Shown one piece after another: positions 50,487-60,288 of a DNA stretch of 64,000 nucleotides (its first letter is position 1; every line of letters starts with the position of its first letter). Under the pieces are notes generated by a model. The model was not told where the DNA came from. It worked only from the letters and a program-made list of their open reading frames with translations, and searched no databases. A program made the translations under genes and the position numbers. The stretch is from Cyanobacteriota bacterium (GTDB lineage: Bacteria; Cyanobacteriota; Cyanobacteriia; Cyanobacteriales; Nostocaceae), in NCBI GenBank assembly GCA_046045965.1, contig JBJOKS010000010.1, positions 90,856 to 154,855 on the forward strand, given 5' to 3'.

Positions 50487-51182
50487 TCAAACATTCCCAT
50501 AAACCGGAATAGCAGCACCTCTAACATCCTTAGCAGCTTCCGAAGCTAAAAAACAAATTACCTCAGCAATAGATTCTGGTTTTACCCACTTATCTGCGTT
50601 GTCTGCACCCATCGCTTGACGGTTGGTAGGGGTATCAATGACACTGGGAAGAACGGTATTTGCAGTGATATTAGTTCCTTTGGTTTCATCGGCTATAGCC
50701 TTAGTTAATGCTATCACACCAGCCTTAGCCGCAGAATAAGCCGCTAATTGTCCCGCAGGTTCTACACCAGCACGAGAACTAACAGTAACAATGCGTCCAT
50801 AGCCATTTTCTAACATTCTTTTCAGGCTATATTTACAAGTCAAAAAAGTAGTATTGAGATTTAATTCAAATTCATTTTTCCAACTATCAAAACTGTATTC
50901 ATGAGTTTTTCCCATTGAAAAACCACCCACCAAATGAATTAAAACATCTACTCGCATCATGCCATTAATGAGTTGTTCTACAGATGCTTCATCTTGTAAA
51001 TTAGCCGGGAGAAATTGAATTCTGGCAATATCCGCCGGTGATAAAATTCCTTTGAGCCTTTCCACATCTTTAAGACTACGATAAGGAATAGTAACATCAG
51101 CACCTTGGGCTAAAACTGCGGGTGTGACACCTAAACCTAGTCCACCAGTACCACCTGTGAGTAAAACTTGTTTTCCTTTCAT
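50487..51182 (-). CDS. Short-chain dehydrogenase/reductase (FabG-like)
   Basis: TGGTGGLG, YSAAK, PSVIDT. Confidence 0.9.
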   Translation of the reverse strand: MKGKQVLLTGGTGGLGLGVTPAVLAQGADVTIPYRSLKDVERLKGILSPADIARIQFLPANLQDEASVEQLINGMMRVDVLIHLVGGFSMGKTHEYSFDSWKNEFELNLNTTFLTCKYSLKRMLENGYGRIVTVSSRAGVEPAGQLAAYSAAKAGVIALTKAIADETKGTNITANTVLPSVIDTPTNRQAMGADNADKWVKPESIAEVICFLASEAAKDVRGAAIPVYGNV

Positions 51183-51346
51183 GAAAGATGCACTCTATTT
51201 GATCTTCATGATTTAAGATAACGGATCTGTTTTAATTATCGAAACAATTGTGTCTAAAACCACGCTTCTGAAGGCGAAAAGTTTTTGGTTCGGGGTATAA
51301 ATTCTCTTTACAAAAACGGCCTCCTGCCCCCTGCCTCCTGCCTTCG

Positions 51347-51889
51347 TTAAGGATATCTTTTACTTCCTGCACCCACAACACCGATTTTATGACGATAGGA
51401 AAGTTCTGCACCAAACCACCCGGTAAGGCTGGTTAAAGTACCCACAATTAATGATAACAATAAACCCCAAGGTAGTAAATTTGATTCTGCATCACCCCAA
51501 CGGATAATAAAGTTCAAAGTCGTGAAAACTAGGATGGAAATATTCAGAATTAAATGCGCCCAACCTGCGGTACGTTTGCGGACTCTTTCTATTTGTAAAA
51601 AGTCACTCATGCCAATAACTGAAGCGATAATACCAGTAACTAAACCCAGTCCAATTAACCACATCGAAGCCCTAGCCCAGAAAAAATCTCGCGTTAACCA
51701 ATAGCCAAAGTCACTACCTAAAGCTGCGGCTAAAAAGGCGATAGGAAAGATGATACTCAATGGATGTAGAGGATGTCCGGCTATGGATACGGTGCTGGGT
51801 ACACCACTATCTAAATATTCTCGATCATCGCTTTCAATAATGGGCGGTAAATTGGGAAATGGTGTAGAATTTGGTTCTGTAGTTTCCAT
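51347..51889 (-). CDS. DUF2231 membrane protein
   Basis: GHPLHP..FPIAF, four TMs, WAHLILN, GWFGAELSY. Confidence 0.82.
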   Translation of the reverse strand: METTEPNSTPFPNLPPIIESDDREYLDSGVPSTVSIAGHPLHPLSIIFPIAFLAAALGSDFGYWLTRDFFWARASMWLIGLGLVTGIIASVIGMSDFLQIERVRKRTAGWAHLILNISILVFTTLNFIIRWGDAESNLLPWGLLLSLIVGTLTSLTGWFGAELSYRHKIGVVGAGSKRYP

Positions 51890-51903
51890 TATTTAATATC
51901 CTT

Positions 51904-52647
51904 TTATTCAGCAGTAGGAATTTTTGTGACATCAGCTTCAGCTTGTAAAATTAATTTGCCTTTTGCTACCTCCAATTTATTAACGCGCAGACTCATTCCT
52001 TCTAAATCAAAGTTGTTTAAATTGAGAATTTCACTGGTTGCATCTATCAAAGCTTTGGTTAATTGCGGTGAAAATTCCTGATCTTCTTGATACTCGACAT
52101 TGTGCAAATATACAGTTTTACCATCACCACTAATGTGAGGAATTGCTGAAAAACAAATTTGTTTAAGTTCACCAATTTCTCTGAACAATATACTAGCATT
52201 AAGGATAAATTTACTTTCCCCTGGTAAATGAAAATCTACTTTTTGGGGTGAAATTGTTACCTGTTGTCCATTGACTGTAATTTTCTGACTTTCCAGTTGA
52301 TCCCGCACATATTCTGAATTAAAAGCGCGATTAATATCAGCTTCTGTTAAAACGACTCGTGCTTTACCTGTGGTTGGTTTTGTAAGTTCAATTTTTCCAA
52401 AAGCTACACTGAGAGGATTGATCGCAACGCCAGTAATTTGCATTTCCATTTCTGTCATGCGGAGGTCTTTTTCCATCACTAAACCTTCGCCGGCAATATG
52501 CACTTGTTCAACTTCTCCCTGAATCAGTTTTAGCGGTTTAGTTTGGATGTTGACTTCTAAAGTTTCTACTTCGTCTAACTGGCTAGATAATCCTATCTCT
52601 GCGGCTTTATTCAGTGCTTTTTCTCCTATCCCTGGTGTTTCTGACAT
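51904..52647 (-). CDS. DUF2993 (LmeA-like) protein
   Basis: GEV..V.I.G, VVLTEADINRAF pattern. Confidence 0.75.
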   Translation of the reverse strand: MSETPGIGEKALNKAAEIGLSSQLDEVETLEVNIQTKPLKLIQGEVEQVHIAGEGLVMEKDLRMTEMEMQITGVAINPLSVAFGKIELTKPTTGKARVVLTEADINRAFNSEYVRDQLESQKITVNGQQVTISPQKVDFHLPGESKFILNASILFREIGELKQICFSAIPHISGDGKTVYLHNVEYQEDQEFSPQLTKALIDATSEILNLNNFDLEGMSLRVNKLEVAKGKLILQAEADVTKIPTAE

Positions 52648-52713
52648 TAGGATCTAACTTGCTAACTATCTTTGAGTCAATTTATAAAAATTTATAAAAT
52701 TAACTCTAATAAT

Positions 52714-52735
52714 TTATCTGTCTCAGGAGAGATAA
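52714..52735. promoter_or_regulatory. Palindromic candidate operator
   Basis: TTATCTGTCTCAGGAGAGATAA in the divergent promoter region. Confidence 0.4.
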
Positions 52736-52938
52736 GGAAATAAAAAATCTTATATCTGTAAGTAGAAGTCGGCAAAATTACAGCCGATTTTTTTCTCCTG
52801 ATCGCTGTCTTTCTATCCTGAGTTAATCAGGTAATCGTTCAAAAGAAAGATGCAACTTATCTAGTGATTATGCGAACCTGAAATTGGCAATAACCACGAA
52901 TACTTTAACAACTATTAATTTGTCGAGGAGAACTCACA

Positions 52939-53994
52939 ATGGTAGCAACTTTAGATGATACCAAAAGAAATGCGATCGCAGTAAAATTAGCAGACATGAA
53001 ATTACTGCAACAGTTAGTTATTGATAATGAAGAACGATTTTTGCGCGAATCTACAGATAAAGAAATTGCTGAAAATATCCGCCGTATGCTTGATGATGAT
53101 CGCAAAAATCAAGGTATTCTTGATACTGTGGTAGTTCAATATGGTATTCAAAAAAATGCCGACTCAACAGTGCAACAAATGGTGCAAACAGTTCGCCAAT
53201 TCATGCAAGGTAATGAATTAAGTTTCTTTGAAAAAGTATTTCAGCATGAGTTGTTGAAGCATCAACAAGTGATGAATGGTTTGACAATTCATAAAGCTGC
53301 ACAGAGAGTTGGCGCTGATGTCATGGCAGCAATTGGACCTTTAAATACTATCAATTTTGAAAACCGCGCTCATCAAGAACAACTGAAAGGAATTTTAGAA
53401 ATTTTGGGTGTGCGGGAACTGACAGGACAAGATGCAGATCAAGGAATTTGGGCAAGAGTTCAAGATGCGATCGCTGCTATTAGTGGTGCGGTAGGTAGTG
53501 CTGTCACCCAAACTTCTGACAAGCAAGATATGAATATTCAAGATGTTCTGCGTATGGATCACAATAAGGTAAATATCTTGTTTACAGAATTAATGCAAAG
53601 CGATGATCCTCAAAAAATTCAAGAATACTTTGGACAAATTTATAAGGATCTGAGCGCCCATGCAGGTGCGGAAGAAGAAGTTGTTTATCCTAGAGTACGT
53701 CCTTTCTATGGTGAGGCTAACACTCAAGAATTATATAATGAACAAGCTCGTTGGGGTCCTTGGTTTGAGGAATTGAGAGCTATTAGCCCTTCTGCACCGG
53801 AATTTAAAGACAGACTCAGACAAATTTGGGATGAAATTGGTGATCATATTCGTCAAGAAGAAAGCACAATGTTTGCGGCTATTCGTAACAATATGAGTAG
53901 TCGAGAAACTGAAGAATTAGCTACACAATTCAAAGCCGCTAAGAGCAGAATTCAAGAACGTATGGGAGGCACCAGAACAGAAGCCACTGTTTAG
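52939..53994 (+). CDS. Hemerythrin-domain protein (Alr3199/DNA nickase-like)
   Basis: N-terminal ferritin-like region plus HHE domain (MDH, AHAGAEEEVVYP, HIRQEE). Confidence 0.8.
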   Translation: MVATLDDTKRNAIAVKLADMKLLQQLVIDNEERFLRESTDKEIAENIRRMLDDDRKNQGILDTVVVQYGIQKNADSTVQQMVQTVRQFMQGNELSFFEKVFQHELLKHQQVMNGLTIHKAAQRVGADVMAAIGPLNTINFENRAHQEQLKGILEILGVRELTGQDADQGIWARVQDAIAAISGAVGSAVTQTSDKQDMNIQDVLRMDHNKVNILFTELMQSDDPQKIQEYFGQIYKDLSAHAGAEEEVVYPRVRPFYGEANTQELYNEQARWGPWFEELRAISPSAPEFKDRLRQIWDEIGDHIRQEESTMFAAIRNNMSSRETEELATQFKAAKSRIQERMGGTRTEATV

Positions 53995-54125
53995 AATTTT
54001 TCTGTTTGCTAAAAAATACACTATTTCTATTTGATGTTTAAAGTCGGGGTTTAGTAATGCTAAACCCTCTTTATCTTTGTAATTGTTCAGATCCCCATTT
54101 TAATTTAGGACTTCTGAATATTGTT

Positions 54126-55559
54126 CTATTTTTTCTCAGGCAAATTTCTCGGTGGTATCAACTTTCCTTTGTAAAACCGCTTTTCTAACCTACCCAAACC
54201 GAACCAAGTTCCCGCACCGCTAATTACAATTAATGTGAGAAAACTAATAGTGAAAATATCCGTCTGACCATAAATAAACATCAGCAAGGGAAGCAATACC
54301 CAAACCAAAACTGTCAACACAGCAACTGCTACGCGTAATTTTTGCAAATTAGCCAATGCAGTCCGGCAACTAGCACATTTTTCTGTGTGGGAGTGATATC
54401 TATCTAATAAATCCTCTTTTGATAATGGCGGTGATAAAGTTTTACCAAGAAACGGATCAAGACTATATTGATTCACCCAAGAACGCAACTGAAAGACGAA
54501 CAAATCTGCCTTAGTTGGCAAATAAAACGCCTTGGTAAAATTGCCACTACCACCACTTTTTTCTAAATACCTTTCTTGATGATGTAAGAAAATTTGGTCA
54601 TCTTCTAAAACGTTATTTTGTCCCAGATGTGAATACCAGCGCGGAGTCAACTTCAAAAATAGTCCTGGTAATTTGGAAGAAAACTTAAAAGGAAAAATCG
54701 CAAATAACCGACATTCTCCCTTGCGAATGGGAGTAGCATAAACCACCGTTAAAGTCCTACCAAACTGTTTAGAAGTTAGGTCATGCCACATTAAACCCGG
54801 AGCAATAAAAGTAGTATATTGTTTTCCTAAAGTACCTTTGCGTGGTCCTTCTTCCCAAATTCCTTTAAATCCCCATTTTCCAGATTCTACAACTTCTAAT
54901 TCCACAGGAGATACATTCGCTCGGTTGCCGACAGTACGGTGATGGGTGTAAGGAATGTGACTAGAATCTAAGACGTTTTCCATTAACGTCAAAGCATCAT
55001 AGGGGATATCTCGAAAAGTATTGAGAAAAACCCAGCCGTCCGGTTCTTCGTCTAAAATGTCAACAACGGGAACCTTGGTTTTAGCTGCATTTTCCGCAGT
55101 CCCAGGATAAACAAACAACATTCCTTGTTTAACTGTGGTCGGGAATGAAGTTACACAAGCACGTTGCGAAACTTCCGCTTTTCCTCCTTCAACTTGTTGG
55201 GGAATAATTGAACATTTTCCCGTTCCTGAAAAAGCCCAACCATGATAAGGACATTCTAACAATCCATCTTTGTTAATTCTACCTTCCGATAGAGGTGCTA
55301 ACCGATGGGGACATTGATCTAAAAATGCTCGCCACATCTGCTGATTATTATCCCACCACAAAACAAGATCCCGTTCTAGCAAAGTGAAGCGAGTAGGCTG
55401 GAATTTGTCTAAATCTTCTACATAATGAACAGGATACCAAACCTCTTGCCAATCAAAGCGATCTGGGTCGAGTCCACCAGCGGGTAGTTCTTCTGTGGTT
55501 CTGGTTTGAGTTGTAACTAATTGAGGAGATGCGTCTGATTGGATCATGCTATTGGACAT
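54126..55559 (-). CDS. Rieske [2Fe-2S] oxygenase, pheophorbide a oxygenase family
   Basis: CPHRLAPLSEG, CPYHGW, ENVLDSSHIPYTHH, HTEKCASC, two C-terminal TMs. Confidence 0.9.
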   Translation of the reverse strand: MSNSMIQSDASPQLVTTQTRTTEELPAGGLDPDRFDWQEVWYPVHYVEDLDKFQPTRFTLLERDLVLWWDNNQQMWRAFLDQCPHRLAPLSEGRINKDGLLECPYHGWAFSGTGKCSIIPQQVEGGKAEVSQRACVTSFPTTVKQGMLFVYPGTAENAAKTKVPVVDILDEEPDGWVFLNTFRDIPYDALTLMENVLDSSHIPYTHHRTVGNRANVSPVELEVVESGKWGFKGIWEEGPRKGTLGKQYTTFIAPGLMWHDLTSKQFGRTLTVVYATPIRKGECRLFAIFPFKFSSKLPGLFLKLTPRWYSHLGQNNVLEDDQIFLHHQERYLEKSGGSGNFTKAFYLPTKADLFVFQLRSWVNQYSLDPFLGKTLSPPLSKEDLLDRYHSHTEKCASCRTALANLQKLRVAVAVLTVLVWVLLPLLMFIYGQTDIFTISFLTLIVISGAGTWFGLGRLEKRFYKGKLIPPRNLPEKK

Positions 55560-55693
55560 GGTGGAATCAACAATAATTTTGATTTTCTATCCATAACTAA
55601 AGTAACAATTTTTTAATCACTCTGGCGGGTAGATTTCAAAAATCAGCCGATTGTTTAAAGTTGTATGAGTTAAAGTTAAATCATGTTAATACT

Positions 55694-56443
55694 ATGGTAG
55701 TAGATACGGGAAAAAGTGCAGCAGCTAAAACAGCTTTGCGTCAAGCATTGGCTGCTTGTGGTGGTAATACTAAGGATAAAACTGTAATTGCGGCAATTGA
55801 AAATCTCCAATCTTTCAACCCAACGACAGCACCAGCCCAAAGTGGTAGTTTAATGGATGGTGAATGGTTGTTGATCAGTGCGCCAAATTTTCCTCAAGGT
55901 GAGCAACTTGCAGATGGCAGATTTGCCTATACTTTGGGTCGTCTGGCTTTTAATATGTTTCAACCAACAAAATTAAAAGTGGTAATTGATCGGGTTTTTC
56001 AACCTGTGTTTCCCTTAGAAAATGGTGAAGTGCGAAGTTATGATATTGTTGTTGAATTTACTACTATTGATGACTCTATTCCTCAACTTTCTGGAATTGT
56101 TCGCAACCAAGGAATTTGTCAACCTGTGAATGATACGGTGCTGCAAGTACAATTTACGGGAGGAATTTTAAAACCGCAGTCTGCAACGAAAATGCAGGAA
56201 TGGAAGGCGGTTTTTGGTCAGGGTAAGCCGGAAAAGAAAAGTTGGCAAAATATTTTGATGTCTGGTTTTTTGAGGTTGATGTTTGGTTTAGTTCCTCCCC
56301 AAACTATGAACCCAGAAACTGGAGAAATTTCTTTTATTATGAATCGTTCTCCTAAAGGACGTTTAGAAATTCTTTATTTAGATGAGGAATTGCGAATTAC
56401 TCGTGGAGAAAAGGGAACTGTTTTAGTTTGTGAGATTAGGTAA
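55694..56443 (+). CDS. PAP/fibrillin family protein
   Basis: IENL..NPT..P....GEWLL, ILYLDEELRITRGEKG; probable ATG 55694. Confidence 0.8.
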   Translation: MVVDTGKSAAAKTALRQALAACGGNTKDKTVIAAIENLQSFNPTTAPAQSGSLMDGEWLLISAPNFPQGEQLADGRFAYTLGRLAFNMFQPTKLKVVIDRVFQPVFPLENGEVRSYDIVVEFTTIDDSIPQLSGIVRNQGICQPVNDTVLQVQFTGGILKPQSATKMQEWKAVFGQGKPEKKSWQNILMSGFLRLMFGLVPPQTMNPETGEISFIMNRSPKGRLEILYLDEELRITRGEKGTVLVCEIR

Positions 56444-57812
56444 TCTGTGTTATGGGGATTTCTATGACAAATTCTGTGCCATAACTAGGATCAGAACCAA
56501 CATAAATATTTCCTTGGTGCTTTTCGATAATTTGATAGCTAATGGCTAAACCTATACCAGTTCCCTTGTTGACAGGTTTAGTTGTAAAAAAGGGATCAAA
56601 TATCTTACTTTGTAATTCTGGACTAATACCAGGTCCATTATCTCGGATGGTAATTTTGATCTTCCCGGAATCAGTTTTTTCGGTTTTAATAAATATTTGT
56701 TTTTGCTGTTGTTTTTCTTGTTCTAATAAGGCATCAATAGCATTACTGAGGATATTCATAAAAACTTGGTTGAGTTGGGCTGGATAACACTCAACTAAGG
56801 GTAAATCTCCATATTGTTTAATAACTTCAATTTCTGGTTTCAGACGATGATTTAAAATTAAAATTGTACTGTCGATACCTTCATGAATATTGACCGCTTT
56901 TTTATCAGCTTGATCTAGCCGAGAAAAGTTGCGTAAAGATAGTACAATTTCCCGAATCCGATCAGTCCCCATTTTCATCGAGGTCAGGATTTTTGGTAAA
57001 TCCTCAATGATAAAATCAAGATTTATTTCAGATGTGTAATTTTCGATAACAGGATTTTCTGCTGGATATTCTTGTTGATAGATTTTAATTAAATCTACTA
57101 GAGATTGAATATAATTATGAAGATGAATAAAATTACCATGAATAAAATTAATAGGATTATTGATTTCGTGAGCTAACCCAGCCACCATTTTACCCAAACC
57201 AGACATTTTTTCAGTTTGGATGAGTTGGACTTGTGTGGTTTTCAGTTCTTTTAAAGTCTGTTCTAGTTGTCGCGCTTGCAGTCGAGAAGTGGCATTTGCA
57301 GCTGAGAGTGCTTTGAGGTTGTTGTAGGCTTTAGAATGATAACGAATGCGGGCAATTAACTCAACTACATCTGGTAATTTAATTAAATAGTCATTTGCAC
57401 CAGCAGCAAAAGCATCGGCTTTAGTTTGTGGATCTTCTTTACTGGAAAGCATGACAATAGGAATGTCATAAGTTGCGGGATGGGAGCGAAACCAACGTAG
57501 TAGCATTAAGCCATCAATATCAGGCATGATCATGTCTAATATGATGACTGTGGGAGCAATAGAAATGGCTTTTTGAATAGCTTTTGCCGGGTCGTCTATA
57601 AAGTGAAAAGCAATGTCTTTCTCGTTAGCGAGTAATCTACAAATAGCCTCACCAATTATTAGCTGATCATCAATTAATAAAACTGTGACTACATCTGTAT
57701 TTAACTTGACTGTAGACAGACTATATGAAAGTTTATTTTCCTGATTCAACGACGGTGATGATGTCTTGGCTGTTGGTGGCGTTAGCGGGAGGGCTGTAGA
57801 TGTGGATATCAT
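56436..57812 (-). CDS. Receiver-histidine kinase hybrid (output of the Wsp-like system)
   Basis: REC (LLIDD, LDMIMP), H-box LAHEINNP, N/G1/F/G2 boxes. Confidence 0.9.
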   Translation of the reverse strand: MISTSTALPLTPPTAKTSSPSLNQENKLSYSLSTVKLNTDVVTVLLIDDQLIIGEAICRLLANEKDIAFHFIDDPAKAIQKAISIAPTVIILDMIMPDIDGLMLLRWFRSHPATYDIPIVMLSSKEDPQTKADAFAAGANDYLIKLPDVVELIARIRYHSKAYNNLKALSAANATSRLQARQLEQTLKELKTTQVQLIQTEKMSGLGKMVAGLAHEINNPINFIHGNFIHLHNYIQSLVDLIKIYQQEYPAENPVIENYTSEINLDFIIEDLPKILTSMKMGTDRIREIVLSLRNFSRLDQADKKAVNIHEGIDSTILILNHRLKPEIEVIKQYGDLPLVECYPAQLNQVFMNILSNAIDALLEQEKQQQKQIFIKTEKTDSGKIKITIRDNGPGISPELQSKIFDPFFTTKPVNKGTGIGLAISYQIIEKHQGNIYVGSDPSYGTEFVIEIPITQIT

Positions 57813-58032
57813 TTTTATAGATCCTCATAATTATGGTTTTTAAGAAAATTAAAGTATAGATTATTTCCCCTTAAACTCAGAATAACCTAAGTTAATAATA
57901 AATAAAGCTTTAGTTTGCAATTCGTAAACAAACTAATACTGTTGACTTTCCTGAGAAAGCTAGTTTATTTTGCAAAAGTTTCTAGGTAATTTTTGGTATT
58001 TCTTCACAAAAAATCAGGAATAGGAAATAGGT

Positions 58033-58160
58033 TAGGGACTTCAAAATAAAAAAATATACAAATATTTCTTGTGGTGCGGGCATCTTACCCGCTAATTATC
58101 AAGGGCAGGCAGGATGCCTACCCCACAAGATGAGATCATTTATGTTCTGGAAGTCCCTTA
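58033..58160. mobile_element. MITE/REP composite element overlapping the cheB stop codon
   Basis: AGGGACTTC...GAAGTCCCT terminal inverted repeat enclosing a long CTTGTGG...CCACAAG hairpin; half copy at about 7059-7085. Confidence 0.55.
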
Positions 58161-59183
58161 TTGCCATCTGGTTAAAGATTTTGTACAGGCTGTTGCGATC
58201 GCTTCAACTGGTAAAATTTGTACTACTGCATCTAATTCTACTGCGGCTTTTGGCATTCCATAAACGACACAGGTTTTGCTATCTTGGGCGATAGTGTGCC
58301 AACCTATATCCCGTAGCAATTTTAACCCTTGAGCGCCATCCCGACCCATACCCGTGAGTAACATTCCCACACCGTTACCTTGCCAATATTTAGCCACAGC
58401 TTGAAAAAAGACATCAACGGAGGGATGATAGAAACTATTTAGAGGTTCTTCTTGATAGTCAAGAGTTTGGTCAGCACGCATCACCAGATGATGATTTGTA
58501 CCAGCAACTAACACTTTACCTGGTTGTGGTAAATACCCGGATTTAGCTAGATGGACTGGTAAAGAAATTTGCCCATCTAACCAAGTAGCGAAACCTTGAG
58601 CAAATTGGGCATCAAGATGTTGGACAATGACGATAGAAGCGTTTAAATTGCGGGGAAACTGGGACAGAATAGTAACTAATGCTTGGGGACCACCGGTAGA
58701 AGAACCAATGACTATGAGGGGTGGGTGTAGTTCTGAGGAAGTTGTGGGTTTGAGTGGTGGGTTAAATTGCGATCGCGGACGGGAAGATTTACCAATTAAT
58801 CTAGCAATAGTGGATATTTTCTTTAATAATCTAATGCTACTATCTGTAGGCTCACCTAAACCTATACAGGGTGTATTAACAGCATCTAAAGCTCCATAAC
58901 CCATAGCTTCAAACACTTTAGCTGCATAACGATTAACACTAGCTGTCACCATGAGAATAGCACAGGGGAATTGACTCATGATGAGGCGTGTAGCTTCAAC
59001 TCCGTCCAGATTGGGCATGACTACATCCATTAATATCAAATCTGGTGTATCTTCTGCACACTTAGCTATAGCTTCTACACCATCATAAGCAATCCAAGCT
59101 AAATCATATTCTGGTACTTTTGATAGAATGCGTCGTAGTGCTTCCACTGCGATGATTAAATCGTTAACAATAGCAATTCTCAT
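58158..59183 (-). CDS. cheB: Chemotaxis methylesterase CheB (WspF-like)
   Basis: REC domain plus [30 protein letters not shown]. Confidence 0.93.
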   Translation of the reverse strand: MRIAIVNDLIIAVEALRRILSKVPEYDLAWIAYDGVEAIAKCAEDTPDLILMDVVMPNLDGVEATRLIMSQFPCAILMVTASVNRYAAKVFEAMGYGALDAVNTPCIGLGEPTDSSIRLLKKISTIARLIGKSSRPRSQFNPPLKPTTSSELHPPLIVIGSSTGGPQALVTILSQFPRNLNASIVIVQHLDAQFAQGFATWLDGQISLPVHLAKSGYLPQPGKVLVAGTNHHLVMRADQTLDYQEEPLNSFYHPSVDVFFQAVAKYWQGNGVGMLLTGMGRDGAQGLKLLRDIGWHTIAQDSKTCVVYGMPKAAVELDAVVQILPVEAIATACTKSLTRWQ

Positions 59184-59590
59184 AAAACAGTCGTATTGGA
59201 TTTGTAAACGAACTCATGAAAATATAGATATAGCCAATCTATTGTACAATTAATTATGTAACTTCAAGCTCTACCCGGATTTCTCACAAGAGTAAAAAAT
59301 AATTAATGAAAAGCTACACCAAGTGACATTTATTTGATACATGAAGCGCAGCGATGATAAAAAATAGATGTCACAGTATAAATTCGATAAAAGTCGTAAT
59401 AAATTCTACGCCAAATAGCTATCAGATACGGTGATAAAGATTCTTTTAGTGAAATCAGACATCAGAAAACAGAGTTAAGAAAAAACTGAGTTCTCAACCC
59501 TAAATAAAAACTAAGAATAAGCTATTGAATTGGCGAATAATTAATTAACCAACTGTTAATTTGATTTATGCTGATTCATTTTAATATTTA

Positions 59591-59654
59591 TTGTCAAAAT
59601 AATCAAGATAGAGTAAAATTAAGTTATACCCTCAGTCAGAAATAAGGTATAACT
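59591..59654 (+). promoter_or_regulatory. Sigma70-type promoter and operator of the TA pair
   Basis: TTGTCA-N17-TAAAAT, then perfect inverted repeat AGTTATACC-N15-GGTATAACT. Confidence 0.65.
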
Positions 59655-59656
59655 CA

Positions 59657-59911
59657 ATGGCTAGTATCAAAACAGCAATTTCCATTGAAGAATCACTGTA
59701 TGATCAAGTTAATGCTTTAGCAAAGGAAATGAAAATTCCTCGCAGTCAATTATTTGCTATAGCAATGGCAGAATTTTTACGTCGCAAAAAAGATCATCAA
59801 TTATTGCAAAGTATTAATGATGCTTATGCAGATGATTTAGATGAATCTGAAAAAATAATGTTAGAAAAAATGCGACAACATCAAGGAAAATTACAGCAAA
59901 AAGAATGGTAA
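59657..59911 (+). CDS. Ribbon-helix-helix antitoxin
   Basis: KTAISI...L...A..M..RSQLF..A..EFL; overlaps the toxin start. Confidence 0.82.
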   Translation: MASIKTAISIEESLYDQVNALAKEMKIPRSQLFAIAMAEFLRRKKDHQLLQSINDAYADDLDESEKIMLEKMRQHQGKLQQKEW

Positions 59912-60270
59912 AACAAGGTGATATTTACTGGATTGATTTAGGAGAACCAATAGGTTCTGAACCTGCTTATCTTCGTCCTTATGTAGTAATCCAAAATGAT
60001 TTACTCAACGGTTCTCAAATTAGAACTGTAATAGTTTGTGCCTTAACTTCTAACTTGCGACGAGCAAAGGCAATGGGGAATGTTTTATTAGAGTTAGGAG
60101 AAGCTAACCTTGATAGAGAAAGTGTAGTCAATGTCTCGCAAATTTTTACAGTAGATAAAGCTGTATTAATTGATAAAATTGGTACATTATCTAAAGCAAG
60201 AATTAGACAAATTTTAGCAGGTTTATTAATGGTAACAGAACCACAGGAAATAGATTTAGATGATATTTAA
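59905..60270 (+). CDS. mazF: PemK/MazF family endoribonuclease toxin
   Basis: QGDIYWIDL, GSEP..RPYVVIQND, LTSN, NVSQIFTVDK. Confidence 0.9.
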   Translation: MVKQGDIYWIDLGEPIGSEPAYLRPYVVIQNDLLNGSQIRTVIVCALTSNLRRAKAMGNVLLELGEANLDRESVVNVSQIFTVDKAVLIDKIGTLSKARIRQILAGLLMVTEPQEIDLDDI

Positions 60271-60288
60271 ATATTAAAATTAAATTCA

